Of a stretch of DNA of 64,000 bases, positions 62,187 to 64,000 are shown in pieces. A model generated the notes under the pieces. It did not search any database. It saw only the letters and a list, made by a program, of their open reading frames with translations, and was not told the origin of the DNA. Every line of letters starts with the position of its first letter. The first letter of the stretch is position 1. A program made the translations under genes and the position numbers. The stretch lies in NCBI GenBank assembly GCA_965112735.1, contig OZ218953.1, positions 4,898,001 through 4,962,000 on the forward strand, read 5' to 3'. The DNA is from Phaeosaccion multiseriatum (Eukaryota > Protista > Ochrophyta, other classes).

Positions 62187-63658
62187 CGTCGCGAACCCAA
62201 CTCCCTAACGCTGCCTGGGTTCTCTGTCCCGCAAGAGCCAAGACATGCACACCACTTCGTACCTTGCGGAAATCGTAATCGGAAAGGGTGAGGCCCAGTT
62301 CTTGAAGGCTCTCCTGCAGCTCACGAGGCTGCAGGAGCTTATCTCCGTCTCGGCCCGCCTCAGCCATCTTTCGGCGAATACCCAAGATTCCCACCGCCCT
62401 TACCTTCCCCTCCTCCTCCTCCTCCTCCTCCTCCTGCTCTCCCTCTGGCCGGATAGTATTTCCGCGTTTCTTCCCCGCCTCGCCTGACAGAATGGTCTCC
62501 CGCAGCTTCTGCAGACCCAAAGGAGCCCCCGGATTTTTCCGAACCTACGGGAAGACGAAAAGAAACAAAGGAGGAGGAAGATCAGGAACCAGGAAGGCGA
62601 CTGACTGGCTTGCTCACAGGCGAGTACGAGAGGAAAGAGACGTGGAACGCACCAGTGAGGATTGAAATGAGTCTGAGGCGCCCTGATTCGCCGAGATGAC
62701 GGCATCCGTCTGGAAGCGCACGGGCCGAAGCTCGTCATCCTCCACAGTCCATCGCTTACGATAGTCCGCTAGCTCCTTGTTGCTCCACTTGGGTTCGCCG
62801 TTTCTGTGTTGGAAGTCGAAACAGCGGAGGAGGATGGATGCAGGAATGGACGGAAGAGACGGGCAAATGAAAGTGAGACAGAGATGCCAAGGGAAGAGAA
62901 GCCTGGCGACAGGAAGAAGCTCTGAGAAACCAGCACACCACCCAAGCGCAGAAAACTCACCCCTTGAGGGCTACCGGAGGAGTCGAGGCCGCAGCCAACA
63001 ACGTCATATCGGGGGGGGTGAACGACTCGCGCTCGTTGGTGGTCCAGCTCTTCGCCGTCGCCGTCTTGTCGTACCTGCAGAGCAATAGCAGTAGCAGCAG
63101 CAGCAGCAGCGGCGGCGGCGGCAAAAAGCAGTGGGAGGAAGGGTAAGGAAAGGGGGGAAGGAAAATTTTGGAAAAATACAAACGAATCGCATTCCTCGCT
63201 CAACAGTCGTTGCGGCTTTCGGTATGCGGGAATAGTACGATACCTAGACAGATGGACTTACTCAATCACGTTGCTGTAATCAATCTTGGGATCGTCCTTG
63301 GGAGGCAAACCGCCGCCGTAGCGAGGTTTGGCGATGCCCACCCCGTTAGCCAGCCCCCACTCCGCAGTCGAGAGGAATTGCGGGTGAGGAAACCAAGGAG
63401 CCTGCGGAGATGTGGGTATGCGTCGGGCATTAGAAGCATGCGAGACTGAGTGGCTGGGGCTGGCGGCTGGGGGGAGCGGGGGCTGCGTGTGGAAATCACT
63501 CCTGGGGACAACTCTGTACAACTTACCCTCTCCTCCACGTGACACGGCTCCATGAGCTGTTCTTCCCAAGGCCCGCATCTGACCTTGGGGGAGTATTCTC
63601 TCTTTCCTCCCCTCAGCGCATTATTTCCTGCCATGTACTGGCCCGTGAGGAATGCCAT
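61477..63658 (-). CDS. Calcyphosine-like EF-hand protein, multi-exon
   Basis: DGDKLLQPRELQESLQELGLTLSDYDF, FDVDENGVVSLNEIIKGVRGPMSQPRVDIVKAVFDKLD, VTLECFLECFADVSA. Confidence 0.7.
62128..62183. repeat. (GA)n microsatellite, intronic
   Basis: Direct reading. Confidence 0.9.
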
Positions 63659-64000
63659 TTTGTCCTGTGGGGGAGGGGGCGGCGGGGCGGAGAGGGGGGC
63701 AGCAGCGCCAGCGTCGCTCGTCCAGCAGAGGCGCAGCAGCTGCTCGCTCAAGCAGCACCAGCACCAGCACCAGCAGGAGCAGAACCAAGCAAACCTCCAC
63801 CAGCAGCAGTAAGGAAAGGAGGAAGGGAAAAAAAAGGATCTGAAACTGTCCCCGAGGGGGCATTGCTTGAGCCAGGGCCTAGAGAAAAAAAAGACGCATT
63901 CACATAGAGCATAGGGGCGAGAGAGTAGGCACAGGCGCCTTCCTCTGCAGAGGAAATTGTAGCTTGGGAGAAAAGAGAGGGTGAGTAGGGGCAGGAGAGT

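Overview
Gene-dense eukaryotic nuclear DNA, GC-rich, with many short GT-AG introns full of microsatellites. Two genes start with a signal peptide followed by an ASAFAP-like motif, which points to a photosynthetic stramenopile (ochrophyte); this is an inference. About 16 spliced protein genes can be built by eye: aldo-keto reductase (PLR1-like), FG-GAP membrane protein, Zn-dependent MDR dehydrogenase, RNA polymerase I subunit 2, a J-domain protein, a Patched/NPC1-type RND transporter, a coiled-coil protein, GTP cyclohydrolase I, mitochondrial MDH, a RING protein, steroid 5-alpha-reductase, a polyQ protein with a Castor-like Zn finger, a PPR-like protein, cyclophilin PPIL3, a calcyphosine-like EF-hand protein and one weak hypothetical. 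Three features are not obvious from the ORF track. (1) The left edge is the 3' half of a probable DNA transposon. Its spliced ORF joins an NHL-like repeat, a P-element-like catalytic-Glu motif, a BAH-like segment and a PHD finger, and the element ends in 31-bp subterminal repeats that recur at three other intergenic sites. (2) A box C/D snoRNA (U34/snR62-like) sits in an intron of the aldo-keto reductase gene. (3) A solitary 5S rRNA gene sits in an intron of the J-domain gene. All exon boundaries and family assignments are manual; no searches were run.
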